A stretch of 56,398 nucleotides of DNA, counting the filler, from Porpidia crustulata (lineage: Eukaryota), in NCBI GenBank assembly GCA_964255105.1. It is 3 parts of 3 records of this genome, joined end to end, with 100 filler letters (N's around TTAATTAATTAA, not from the genome) between each part and the next. Parts side by side here need not be neighbours in the genome. Positions count along the whole stretch, not along the records: positions 18,896 to 37,607 come from CAXUWE010000169.1; 2 more parts are not named here. One strand, written 5' to 3'. The notes beneath the pieces were generated by a model. The model did no database searches, had not been told where the DNA came from, and saw only the letters and a list, made by a program, of their open reading frames with translations. The stretch's first letter is position 1. Each line of letters starts with the position of its first letter. Both the position numbers and the translations under genes were made by a program. This document shows, piece after piece, positions 23,246-35,364 of this stretch.

Positions 23246-24543
23246 TCATCTACCCGCAAGATATTTCAGCCACTCGCTGATCGTACTCCTGAGCTGTGTC
23301 TCGACGCCTTCTTCTTGCCAGAAATGTCCGGCACTCGCAATCTCGTGGAATCGAAAACACGATGCGGGTTCCCCAGCAAGATCCTCGACCCATTTTCGAA
23401 GCTTTTTTTGAGGAGTAAAGAAGTCCTTGTCCCCGTAGACGGCTAACGTAGGATTGGTGACCAACATTTGATTAACGTGTGGCATGCTATGCTTTCGTGT
23501 ATCCGCTGACAAGGGATGATATCTGGACTCAAGATGCTGCGACTTTGAGAACATCGTCATAAATGAAGAAATCGGTGGACGTAGGGGAGATATAAGGAGA
23601 TAACAGGTTTCTGGCAGCCTCACTTCGGCAGGCGGTAATGCTGGTTCGGATGAGAGCGTTTGCGTATTGCTACTACTAGTGTGCCTCATACCCAGCTTTC
23701 TTCTCGAACTATCCATGCTTCTTCGGATACTATCCATACTCCTTCGCGAATCCTTACTCGGCCGCCGAATCCCAGGCTCTGATTCCTCCCCACCCATGAC
23801 CATGGCCTTTTTTGGAGTTCTCGGGGTCTTATCACGCAGTAGCTGACTACGCGTGAGGACGTCCCGGTTCCGTTCTGTCGATAAATGTAACGCTCGAAGC
23901 CGTATTTCTGCTTCTGCTGTACCAACTGTCACAGTTGCAAACCTACTCATGATGAACGCTGTGTCTGGTAGGAGTGTAGCTATCAAAGAGCCGTAAGAGT
24001 AGCCTCCAAGTACGAGAAGCATGCCCTGAGATGTGTTTGTGCCCAAAGGGCCGGGAGGAGCAACTTGGGAAGCTGGTATTGGCGACAGTGGCGCGTCCAA
24101 GTCGTTCGAGGACGATTCAGCTAACATCTTTGCATACACACTATCAAGATAGTAGATAAAGAAGCCGACGAAAGAGAAGTAGTCTAAGGTTTCTGGTTTA
24201 GCAGACCAACTGGTCCTGCCGTCAGAAGAACCTGCACCACTACGACGGTCAGTGTATTGCGCGAAACTTACTCGCCGGCGCTGATGAGGTACCGAAAATT
24301 AAATGTCCCCACCACAAACCCTTCTTGTAAAGCTTCCACAATCGTGCATAGAACAATGTGGTCGTCGTAGCTGCCGCCCAATGGCGCATAGGGGTGAGCA
24401 ATGATGGCTCCCCGGGGCTGCCCTGACCTATCTTTTCTTTGTCCGCTTTTATATGACGAGGGAGGATGGTATACACGGCATTCTAGGCTTGTCTTGTTGT
24501 GTATTGAAGGGATTGTGAAGCTGAATTCGGGCTCAGGGACCAT
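23246..24543 (-). CDS. Alpha/beta-hydrolase fold protein, 2 exons
   Basis: AHPYAPLGGSYDD, TFNFR|GAG...TSWSAKPE, GGYSYGS nucleophile elbow, YGDKDFFT, AGHFW. Confidence 0.85.
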
Positions 24544-24925
24544 ATTCGTGCTTTCCACTTCCTATTGCCTTCGCATCCTTCCGTATGCACTCAGCACTTA
24601 GTACCATCGTGAAAATTGAAGCATGGCCCGGATACCTTGCGCTCTAGAGGAGTGATGGCATAACGACTGCAGGAAGCTTTGATAATCGCCATACTGTAAG
24701 GTATGTACTAATTTTTGAAACTCGGCACGCTAATGTAATTTAAATTCTAGGCTGCCACGGCTGCGTGGCTGCTGTATTATCGTGCCACCCACCTCCCCAT
24801 ATTACACCCCAATAGTCTCTGAATCGGCCAACAATCAGTGGATGCTAGAATCTATCAATAAATAAGCGGACTTTCAACACTTAGAAGCATATTGGGTTTT
24901 CCTAAGCACTTGTGTATCCTTCTAG

Positions 24926-26383
24926 CTACTCATCTTCCATGTGGGATATTAGCAACTCCGGACCAGGCTCGTCATCCTCGTCCTCAGATCTATCCAAGCT
25001 TCTTGAGGCTCCAGTAGGTACGTTGTGGGGCTTGTTTATCTCTGGAGGGTGCAGTATGACTGCATCATTAAAACGATCATCTTGAGGGCTACTAGGGTTC
25101 GCGTCACTTCCGCCAGCTATGGTAGTATTCTGAGAAGTACCAAGCGCAGTTTGAAGAACCTCATATCCCTCGTTGATTGCTTCATACTCAGCACCAATGC
25201 AACATACAAGCAACTTCCAATTCCGGTTTTCGGCAATTTTCAATTGTCCTTCAATGTGTATCTTGGTATTTTTCATGCGCTCCAAAACGATTTCCATGCC
25301 ACGCACAGCACCTATCTTTTCGGCTTTGTTCGACACCGAATCGGCTGCCAACCGCTGCATCTCTTCCCGTAATACCTTCTCCAGTGCAATGACTTCGGTG
25401 ACCACGCTTTCCCACACCATAAGCCCTTCTTCAAGTGCAATCTTCTCAACATCTATATCCATGGCTCGCTGCTTAAGCCTCTCTCGCTCCATATTGAAAT
25501 GTTCGTCTGCCATGCCTAAAGTTCTTCTTTCGATTGGTAGGGCCCATAGACTTTCACCTGCGCCCTGGAAAGAATCTCCGTGTACCTTCGGTCTTGCTAG
25601 AAACGCCGTAGCTTCCTTCTCGGCCATCATTAGAGCTGCTTTGTATGAGCTTAGCTTACTCTGCACGGTATTTTCGAGACCCTCGATCTGACCGAGCAAA
25701 CGGCGCTGTCTCGCCTTCATCTCCCAAAGGTTAGTCTCCATTGCTTTAATCTCGATGTCCAATCTCGCCTCTTCGTGCTTGAATTGTTTGACTTTCCGGC
25801 ATGGGTCTTCGTTCTCAATACTTTGGATACGGTGCTCTAACCCCGTCTGCTTACTTGCCAATCCTTGAACAACCATGAGGTCTTCTTCTATATCTGCCAA
25901 TTGCCCTTCGATGACTTGCCCCTCCTGAGCTTTCAATGCGGCCAAATCAATGACAGCCCGAGATATGCCTCGTCTTGCCCCACACAGCCCGATTTTCCTC
26001 TTCACAGATTGCCGCACTGGAGCCACGCCCATTATTTGCTTGGAATCATTATCCTCAGAAGCAGACCTTGGTGTACCGGCCCTGTATGATGAAAACCCAC
26101 CACTTTCTGGTGGTAAGCCTAGCCCGGCTAGTAGTCCCTGACTTTGGGCGTCTAACAGATTCTGTAGAGTCTTTTGCAGATACGCTTCTTGTCGAGTAAA
26201 CACGACAAGCACATCCTGATGTTCTCTAGACAGTTTTGTGTCGTGAGGCTGGTTGTATCTATCCGATGCATGTAAGTCACCGGCTCGCGGCGCTGTACCA
26301 GAGGAGTGTGACATATTACTGAGCGGAAGTAGCGATGGCTGATTTGTATTGGAGAAGCGGCGCATGAAGGCCGTGGACACCAT
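24926..26383 (-). CDS. Coiled-coil protein, Atg28-like (pexophagy)
   Basis: LQNLLDAQSQGLLAGL and NWKLLVCCIGAE resemble fungal proteins annotated Atg28; long heptad region; start codon uncertain. Confidence 0.55.
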   Translation of the reverse strand: MVSTAFMRRFSNTNQPSLLPLSNMSHSSGTAPRAGDLHASDRYNQPHDTKLSREHQDVLVVFTRQEAYLQKTLQNLLDAQSQGLLAGLGLPPESGGFSSYRAGTPRSASEDNDSKQIMGVAPVRQSVKRKIGLCGARRGISRAVIDLAALKAQEGQVIEGQLADIEEDLMVVQGLASKQTGLEHRIQSIENEDPCRKVKQFKHEEARLDIEIKAMETNLWEMKARQRRLLGQIEGLENTVQSKLSSYKAALMMAEKEATAFLARPKVHGDSFQGAGESLWALPIERRTLGMADEHFNMERERLKQRAMDIDVEKIALEEGLMVWESVVTEVIALEKVLREEMQRLAADSVSNKAEKIGAVRGMEIVLERMKNTKIHIEGQLKIAENRNWKLLVCCIGAEYEAINEGYEVLQTALGTSQNTTIAGGSDANPSSPQDDRFNDAVILHPPEINKPHNVPTGASRSLDRSEDEDDEPGPELLISHMEDE

Positions 26384-26973
26384 GTTCAGAGTATGGCAGT
26401 ACTCAACGTCTTCGATGGAGATTCTCAAATTCCATGTTCTTGTAAGATGGCCACAGGCTGGCCTTTGTGTGGATTAAGAAGCCATACCGTTAAGTACCTA
26501 TCTATGTGCCCTGTGACGCGTTCGCGGTTGTGGTCATGAGGTGATTTGCTAGCACCCGTGGCACCGAATTCGCTACTCCAGACACAATCGCTTGAAAGTC
26601 ATTGTCACCGCAGAAGTTTACTTCTGCACTCATCTAAACAAACATACCTATGAAGGAGTAAATTGAAGAAGCGAAACAGTAGATCAACTGTTGTTTGTAA
26701 GACTCAAAAACCTTGGGTTTGTTGGAAAATACTACATATGAATGATAAATGTTTGAAAAGTGTGCGTTTTGATGTAAAAGTGAGGCGCAACGAAGACTTT
26801 CGCGTATTTTCAGATACTCATACATCGTTCCTACATTACAAAAGCTACATATACGATATGCATGTCGCGCAATCACATCCGTAAGATTCACCATGCTTAA
26901 TGCCAGGTAACGCCCTACACCTCGCTATTCCCCGCTTTTGAACGCTCCAAAATGCCCATCGATCTTCAAGTCT

Positions 26974-29086
26974 TCATATACAAACGCCCCATACACCTCG
27001 ACCTCCACTGACACCAAGCCAATCACTACCTTGGCTTGTTAAACCACTCTGTGGCGCCCAACTGATATTTCCAACTTCATAGTCACACTGCCAGCTTGCT
27101 GCTGGGCCGCGAGAATTCTCTGTGCCTGGCCCAGTATGTGGCTGCGTACCATTGGTACCAGGGATCGTCAATGCATTGCCCTGATTCAAAAGGTCCCAGA
27201 TTAGTACAAGAGAGTCGTCCCCGCCAGATGCTAACATTCCACGGCGGGACGGAGACCATTCTATGCAATTAATAGCGGCGGCATGCCCCCGTAATTCCAG
27301 CAAAGCCTGACCAGGCTGCCGAACATCAAGAATTCGTATGCTATTTGAATCCTGTGAGAAGGTAGCGAGAAGATGGGCGTCATGCGGTGATGCTAGATAT
27401 CATGAGCCTACATCCCAAGAGCTTGATTCTCTGGGTCATTAGCCACCTACCAGTTAATCTCAATAACGGCGGCGCGTAAGACATGGTCTGCTGTGCGGTT
27501 GTTGGACTTACATTTCCGGGGCTTGAGGCTAGATTGAGTTACGTCAGATAATGAACTTTCGCATTTCGAGGGTGCGTGATTACACTTTTCGTTTTTTTCA
27601 GACGGCTCGTAGATGATGGTACTATGTTCCAGACTTCTTAGATCGAACATTCGCACACTACCGTCGGCGCCGCAACTGACGAAGACATCAACACTATTCG
27701 CGCAGAATCGAACGTCGAATACTTCTTTATCATGCGCTATCAGTTGCGTCTTGGCTGTCAAGGTGGGAATGTCCCAGATTGTACATGTCGTGTCGATACT
27801 AGATGTGATAATTAAGCTTGGTGATAGATTGTTCCAATCTAGGGAAGTAAGTGGTGCAGTGTGTTCTGGTGATTTCGAATTTGAGAGCAGTGCCAGTGGT
27901 GTAAGCTTCTGGGGCGATGGCTGCGCATTGTTTGAAGTACGGGTTATTGAACTGCTTGGATTATAGGATGATTGCGACGGCAGCGACCATAGACGTAAAT
28001 GATCTCCAGATGTAGCGAGAAGGTCAGTAGATTGCTTTTGCGAAGACGCAGGCTCCCACAAGATGCGCGTGACCGGATAGCTATGAGTGGCTTCGGCAGT
28101 TTTAACGAAATCGATGCTATACTGAGGGGTATCGGAGGCAGGATCAAAATCCGGCTCTGGTACAACATGAGTATCTAGGATCTGAATCTATTGTTAAAGT
28201 CAGAGCTCATTCGAGTCTGTCACCATGAGCACCGCCTACTCACGAAATTATGTCCATCTTCAACATAACTGCCGATGGCCATCTTCCCTCCAGCATCACC
28301 AAGGCTCTGTTGCTGCACAGGCCACTTACACCAATCGAAAGCATAAACCGCCCAAGGTGCGAGGTAATTGCTATTTGTAGGAGCTGAGTTCACGCCATCA
28401 TTCGAATATGGATTCGCGCTCGTAGGGCCATCGGGTAAGCCTGGCTCTCCCAGAGGTCTAATGTCTGCCAAACCAAGTGGTGAATATGACCCGCCCATAT
28501 GCGGTGTTTGGGAGGATGTATATCTTTGATTTGGTGGTGACGCGAATTTGGAATTTTCGGGAGTATTGGCGTACGGAACGTATTTCTGTTGCTCAATACC
28601 TGTCGGACTTGATCGCGAATATGCATGCGATGCGTGCGAGTGGTTAGCCGTCGATGACCGTGAGTTACTTGAATATTGCTTAGAATTACTCGAGGCCTGT
28701 GGTAATAGCGGCACCGTTGAGGGTGCCGTATTCGACGATGATGGGCCAGGTCTCCCTGACTGGAGAGCTCCGGGTAAAGAAATCCCCGTAGATGCATTCG
28801 AGTAATGTAATCCTTGTGGAGTGGCTTGTTGTACCTGGATACCTGGGGCTATCCCCCCTACTATCTCTTGAGATGAGGTATAGGAATGATGGCGTGAGAG
28901 TTCATTTGTGCTTTGCTGGCCCATGGCAATTTGAGATTGTGGTATATGTAGCTCTTCGGGTTGGCGACCTGATGGCTGCGCTCGTCTTGGCGTCTCAAAG
29001 CCTTGTGACTGATTCAATGCCGCCGATGTGGGGGCTGATGATGAGGCCATACCTAATCCTCGGGCTGTCTGGCTCACCGTGCTCAT
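26974..29086 (-). CDS. WD40 protein of the DCAF7/WDR68/AN11 family, multi-exon
   Basis: HSYPVTRILWEP, DLLATSGDHLRLW, APLTSLDWN, ITSSIDTTCTIWDI, KTQLIAHDKEVFDV, GADGSVRMFDLRSLEHSTIIYE. Confidence 0.9.
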
Positions 29087-29542
29087 GCCTTTGTGATATC
29101 CACTAGATTAATCAAAGTTTTTGCAGTCTACTGTATTAGATGCCACTCCTGCGCTTGCTCCTCTCTGACTTGGTACAAGTGGTTTTATCGAGCCTGGGCT
29201 TGCGTGCTCTGATACACTGCTTGGTTCACAGAATTGTCTCACTCTACCGGTACGGGGGAGGTACAGTATCAACCATTTTGTAGCATTTCGGATTCAAGAG
29301 GACCAGCTCGGTTGAAGTCCTCGTCCGCTGTCAATGCTGTCCTTGAGTGTGAAACCATGAATAAATACGTGACTTGGGTGCTGGCTTCGGGTATTCTTAG
29401 AGTCCATGAGGCGTAGGGCTGCGCTAAAGTAACGCAAGCGCGCGAGGCAGCTCCGCCATCTCTCGACTAATGCTTTGTTTCCACCAGTATATGCCAATGC
29501 TATTGCTTTCAAGCGGAATGAGGGTGCGACATTTCCTTTAGT

Positions 29543-30820
29543 ATGATGCCCAAGTCGAAGCCCCATATGCTGCCTTGGCTGCTCATCCTTCCACCTCCTC
29601 CTGTCAACATCTCGTACAAAAAACTAGAGGCCGCATATGGTCCGCCTTTAAGTAAAGCCTTACGGAAAGCTTCAGAAAATTCCGCAGTCTTCTCTATCGC
29701 AACGGTCTTAGACGTTGCTGTAGCTTGTCCAGATCTATTCACAGAAGCACATGTTTCTAGAACTTCTCAATATGCAAATCTACAGGCTCTTCTTGGACAA
29801 GTCTATAAATTGATCTGTATCATATGCACGCAAGAAATAATTGACATACAGAACGCGAATGATGTCGATGCTCGCGTTTTCTTCGTCAATGAGGTCGCGG
29901 AAGACAGAATAGATTTGGAGTCCGACGTGGAGGAGAGGATCTCCTTAGTCGAAGGGCCCATCATAAGCCTACAGGCTCTGGCGCTATGCCAGGGACGATG
30001 GGCACGCCTTTTGGTTATGGATGATGAGGATGGAGATATCCTGCTTGGCGTTCTCGGTCGCCTTCGAGAGACTCTACCAGTGCGGAGTCCTATTCTTGAA
30101 AAATTGCAAATAGAAGCCAAAGTTGAGACATCAAGCCAAGCTCCCCCCCAAAGCATCGGTACGCCAGAAGTTGTATCGAGACGACATTACTCCGTTGCAG
30201 TAGGGGGGACTTTTGATCATCTTCATGCGGGTCATAAACTCCTATTGACAATGACGGCGCTTGTGCTTGAACCAGCCTCTAGGTCGGAGATCTCACAAAG
30301 CAGAACCCTTATAATTGGTATCACAGGTGACGAACTTCTAAAAAAGAAGCAATTTGTTGAGGTGTTGCAGAGTTGGGAAGAACGGCAAGCCGGTGTGAGG
30401 CAATTTCTCCTAGGCCTTCTGGAATTAGGACCGCCAATTCACATTTCGACGTCCACCAAGAACTCCCCCGTTGCAAATAAGCTTGGTAAAGTAGTCCAGG
30501 ACAAACTCAAGTCTGGTTTGACAATTAAATATGTAGAGTTGTTTGATGCTTTTGGGCCGACGGTCACTGAGAAGACAATATCTGCCCTAGTCGTATCGGC
30601 CGAGACTAGAGCTGGTGGTAAAACCGTGAATGATAAACGAAAGGACAACGGCTGGCCGGAATTGGAAGTGTTTGAAGTCGACGTACTTAGTGCAGGAGAA
30701 GGTGAAAATGCGCAAGCAGATGACGGAGAAAGCTTTCGCAATAAGATAAGTAGCACAGAAATTCGCCGGAGGCTGCATGACGGGCCATTTGCTCATCCTG
30801 CGACTGCGACCGCAGAATAA
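29543..30820 (+). CDS. CAB4: Phosphopantetheine adenylyltransferase-like (HxGH nucleotidyltransferase)
   Basis: VAVGGTFDHLHAGHKLLL, GITGDELL, DAFGPT, LVVSAETRAGG..VN..R, KISSTEIR. Confidence 0.8.
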   Translation: MMPKSKPHMLPWLLILPPPPVNISYKKLEAAYGPPLSKALRKASENSAVFSIATVLDVAVACPDLFTEAHVSRTSQYANLQALLGQVYKLICIICTQEIIDIQNANDVDARVFFVNEVAEDRIDLESDVEERISLVEGPIISLQALALCQGRWARLLVMDDEDGDILLGVLGRLRETLPVRSPILEKLQIEAKVETSSQAPPQSIGTPEVVSRRHYSVAVGGTFDHLHAGHKLLLTMTALVLEPASRSEISQSRTLIIGITGDELLKKKQFVEVLQSWEERQAGVRQFLLGLLELGPPIHISTSTKNSPVANKLGKVVQDKLKSGLTIKYVELFDAFGPTVTEKTISALVVSAETRAGGKTVNDKRKDNGWPELEVFEVDVLSAGEGENAQADDGESFRNKISSTEIRRRLHDGPFAHPATATAE

Positions 30821-31857
30821 ATGACTAATGCTGCTCCTTCAATTTTCAGACCGAGAGAAGACTCTTCCGCTCACCAAAAACCGCACCTAGAAGCCGATAT
30901 GATGGGCCAGTCGTCCACTGTGGGCTTCCAAGCCATCAGGGCACTGGAATGCAGAATGCACAAGTTTTTATATCCCAGTAGCTTCTATTTTTCCATCTCA
31001 TCTCAGAAGCTGACGACGATTTGAAATAGCGAATGTATTTCCCATAGTAATTGTTTTAATTGCAGGAAAAGAAAATCGTAGTATATCGGCTCCTCCAAAG
31101 AGCTTGTGCAACCCACCAATGTCCTAAACGGAGCACTGGCGCCCATTGCGTGCGGCAACAAGGTGGAGATGCTGCAGTTGGGACGCGCTATACAGGGTAA
31201 ATCGCACAGATAACCCCAGCTAAAAAAATTGGCTCAAAACGACTATGTCCCCCGGTACTCTATGTCTTGTTTAACTTGAAAGGGGATCTCTTGCATCGGT
31301 GACTGGCGTTTGGGTTCACTAATGCTCAAAGCAACCATGATGCCCAGTGAGAGAGGATGATGTGTCGTCTACACATGCTAGAAATGCAAGCGCCGGCGAG
31401 ATGGCCTAGTGGTGTCCTAGGTTAGACTCTCGTCGCAATTAATGGGGGGGACCAATCATTGCCAACCATGTCTACCGTCTTCCCTCGCCCAGTCTATCCT
31501 GATTCTTGATCTCTGTCCACACGATACGATGTGGCCCAACCCACTGTATCTCGCATGCAAGCTGAAGGTGAACTAACGGTATCTGTATTTGCTGATTTGG
31601 ATTCGGGCTTCCTTCGGCGAAGTTGTCCGGTCCCCTAGCTGATTCTGGCGGTGGACATGCCTACAGACCGAGAAGCGAAACAGCGCACCGTAGTGGCATG
31701 GTTGAGCTGCATGTCGAGAGGTAGTCTACGGCCTTGAGCTGCACCCTTCTGACGCTTGCTCCCGCCTATGCCCTGCCATTTCGCTTCTGTGGCTTGGTCT
31801 CCTCACCAGAACCGGGGCCGTCACCCACTCGAACAGCTCCTGACCCTTAACTTGTCA

Positions 31858-31886
31858 CAATAGTCCCCAATAGTCCCCAATAGTCT
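31858..31886. repeat. 10-bp tandem repeat (CAATAGTCCC), about 3 copies
   Basis: caatagtccccaatagtccccaatagtct read directly. Confidence 0.7.
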
Positions 31887-32312
31887 GCCGGTTGGCAGCG
31901 GGAAGACCCTTCCGACCACCATTACGACGGTGAAGAATCAGTCATGTGACTCGGAGCCCTTCATGGAGGGTCAGCTCGAGCCTCAATTGGCTGCCAAATG
32001 TTTGCTGGCTTCGATGCACAGCTTGCTTCTGTTCTTCTACTCGACGGCCTAATCGTCTTGTAGCGCCGTACTGCGACATCTGTCGCTGTGCGTATTGTCT
32101 GGTTTGGAAGTGTTCCCGTGCCTGACCGAAGTGCGCTGGCAAGACGTCGTCTGACACCTTTTCCTTTCCTTTCCTTTCTTTGCTATCAAGTACCAAGATA
32201 AAATTTCCTCTTGTCAAACATTTCGAAGTTACTCAGGCATGTGGCTCCGCGCGCAGATCGAGTCCAGCTGCACCTGCGCCAGATTTTGAAAACTACGTCT
32301 TTTACCCGTGGA

Positions 32313-33905
32313 ATGATGTCGAGCACTGTGAGCGTTCACAAGCTGTCGAATGAGTTGCTGAAGGACATACTCGATCACATTGAAGCGGATCCCGAAAGAT
32401 CAGTGAATATCGACCGCCGAGCTTATCTATCCGTTGAGAGCTTCCGCCTCCCGAGTCCCCCAGTGCCTTCACGAGCCCAAGATATCGGGAATTTTAGATT
32501 GGTATGCCGAAGATTCGCCGAATTAGCTGTACCATATCAATTTACGAAGATTGCCACGAGATTCTCTCGCAGCGGCTTTAGGCGCTTGGATAGGATCTGT
32601 AGTAAGGAATACTTGGCGAAACACACAAGGAAATTCAGTTACCTTGTTCCCTTTTTTTACGGCGAAGGTATCGTAAGCTTTCCGCTATAATGGGGAAACA
32701 GCACGGCTGACAACAGCGAAGGAAGGGCCAAGATCGAAGATATATTGCACTCTACGAATGGTGACTTGCATACTCTGGATGCGTCGTACTTCACAGCCAA
32801 GGCCGAGGATCAAAGGAACATTGTTCGGTCTGGAGAAGATGTACGTGTACTCAAGAAGGCGATGACAGCGTTCACTTCGCTTCAACATGTTCAGATCCTG
32901 AGATTGCAGGACGAAGCGGACAGGCATCTTCTCGACTTCTTACAAGAGAGTGAAGTAGGGGGCGCATCGTTACTTGATCTGAAATGGACGCCTGCTTGTA
33001 TTCACGCTACTAAGACAATCGGAGAAGCCCTTGTTCATGCTCAATCGCCGTTTAGTCGCTTCTCGGGGCCTATGATGAATCCCCAAAGCGCACTTATAAT
33101 GAAAAAAAGCATACCACCAAATGTTTCGTTTCTTGCGTCGCGCCTTACCTGCCTAGAACTCCATTTCGATGATGGAGTGGGCTTGGATGAGAAGATGTTT
33201 GAACTCTCTGATCTGTTTAAAACAGTCTTTGCGGCGGCTCGAAATTTGCAAGCACTGCACATCGGATTTCCATCGCGATCGCCTTTGAATTTGAAATTGG
33301 AAGATGTGTTCCATAATGTTCATTGGGAAAAGTTACGCGCCTTTGGGATTCAGGCTTGGCGTCTTGAAGCGGATGAGATTATCAACCTGGCGAGGCGCCA
33401 TAGTAAAACACTAAGAGGTCTTCGTTTACGCGATGTACAATTGAAAGAGGGGAGCCTCTGGAAAGACGTCCTTGCAATGCTTCGCGTGGAGATGGAGCTG
33501 TTGGATTGGGTGAGTCTACGACGAGTGGATTACTCGAAGCATTTCGACGAGCTGTGGGCCAACAGCATGGAAGTACCCGATGATCCACCAGCCGGTGCTA
33601 GTGATAGCGACGACGAAGATGATTTCGCAACGCATTTTAGTGTTCAAGGAGCAGACACTGCTAGTGAAGACGAAGATTCGGATGAGCACAGCGAGGCAGA
33701 CACCGATCACGGTCCCGAAGCAGACGATATCGCTCTGTCGCCTGACACACCTGCGTCGCTACCATTTTGCATGTGCACTCGAAGTTCTTACCCTGCAACA
33801 GCCGAGGATCTTGGCGACAACGGGCTCTTCGTAAATCATCAGCAGCGAAAGATGTGGGAAAGATGGGTGGTTGGACGATGTCCTGAACATAGCCCTGGGC
33901 AATGA
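32313..33905 (+). CDS. Conserved fungal protein with F-box-like N-terminus, LRR-like middle and acidic tail; 2 exons
   Basis: KLSNELLKDILDHI...NFRLVCRRFAEL is F-box-like; LRGLRLRDV repeats; intron about 32668-32720. Confidence 0.65.
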
Positions 33906-34178
33906 AGTGCAGTAGATTCCTAAATCCTGCCAGCTGTGAACGGGACTATCTCTAGGCGTTAGCCTTTGACAGTGGTGGAGTCGATAAGCACCTCGCAGAG
34001 ATCGATTGGATGAGGTTGTCTACCATCAACACCTACAGCTTGCCAAGCCAAATCAAGAAAGAAAAACACAATTGCCTCGGCACATGAGGCGAAATGCCTC
34101 CTTTCTCGACCCTAGATGACATAGAACGAAAGGCATTCTCGAGGCAAGAACTATCACGCGTGCGTGCGTCCAAATTAT

Positions 34179-34613
34179 CTATCCCGAAGTCCACCCTTCC
34201 AGATTCTTTACTACCGGCGTCCGACCACTTCTTGTGATGATCCATGTCACCTCTTCGTCTCCGTCGTTCACCTCTTGATGCTCAGCATGCGCCGGTATAA
34301 GAGCAAAGTCCCCCGCCTCCAAAATCTGGCGCCTCTTACCACCCTCTGAGACAACGGCGCCGCGACCGCGGATGGCGTAAACGATGGTGTCTTGATCGCC
34401 GTGATTGTGAATGGCAGATGACGAGTGAGGCTTCGCGATCATGACTGCCCGTAGTTTGAGCCAATCTGGTATTCATCCAAGAAGCTCATGAAGCATACTG
34501 GAGGCGCAGATCTTGTCTGAAACATCAACAATAGCGCCCTGACGAACCATACCCTCCGTTTGGTCGGTGCTGGTTATGATGTCAGATGCCTTGGTAACCT
34601 GTACTTTGGCCAT
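34179..34613 (-). CDS. Cupin (RmlC-like) domain protein, 2 exons
   Basis: QTEGMVRQGAI...IHNHGDQDTIVY...GDFALIPAHAEHQEVN (cupin motifs 1 and 2). Confidence 0.85.
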
Positions 34614-35364
34614 CTCGAAGTTGAGTATGGAATAGATAGTGTGGTATGGTGTGTAAAGTGTTTGCAGATAGATTCAAGTATTCGCAAAGGCGTTTACTAC
34701 ATAGTCGGAGTTAGCAGGAAAAAAGTTCGCCGTGGTATGTGTAGTCGTGAAGCTGCCATGTGTCTTACTGACGTTCGGTCCGAAGATTGCGGAGATACTT
34801 CTGGATCACGTTTACTCTTTGTACTGTCTATTGCATAGTGCTTTGAGCTACTCTACTTGTACAAATGGACGGCATGTCGTTGTAAGACGTATTTACTAAG
34901 GCATCTAGATAGTCGCCTTAATTATGGCAAGGCAGTCCATGTGTCCGTGTCTCGGCAGCGGAGCAGTCTCTCCGTCAAGCCGAGGCATAATCGGCGGTGG
35001 AGGGATCAGCCGCAACTGGCAACAACGCGACAACGAGCCACAGGTCAGAAGAGGACTTTTGCACCAATGATAACTTGCTAGATGTCATTGATGTGGACTT
35101 GAAGTTGAAGCGTGACCCGTTGAAAATCGCTATAGATCTGTTCCGACTCTGTGGAGACCGGACATTGGCCCGTTGTTGCTGACATCGAAGTTTGCTTCGG
35201 CGATTTTTGCGGGGACCCCGAGTCTCACATGTGAACGGCCCTTTGTGCTCCCTTCAAATACTCACGTCCCGGCTACAACCCACCCACGCACCTACGACAC
35301 TTCTTTTCGACTTTTCTTCTTTTCCTAGACATCAGACTGTATCATAGCATTTTCTACGGCGCAA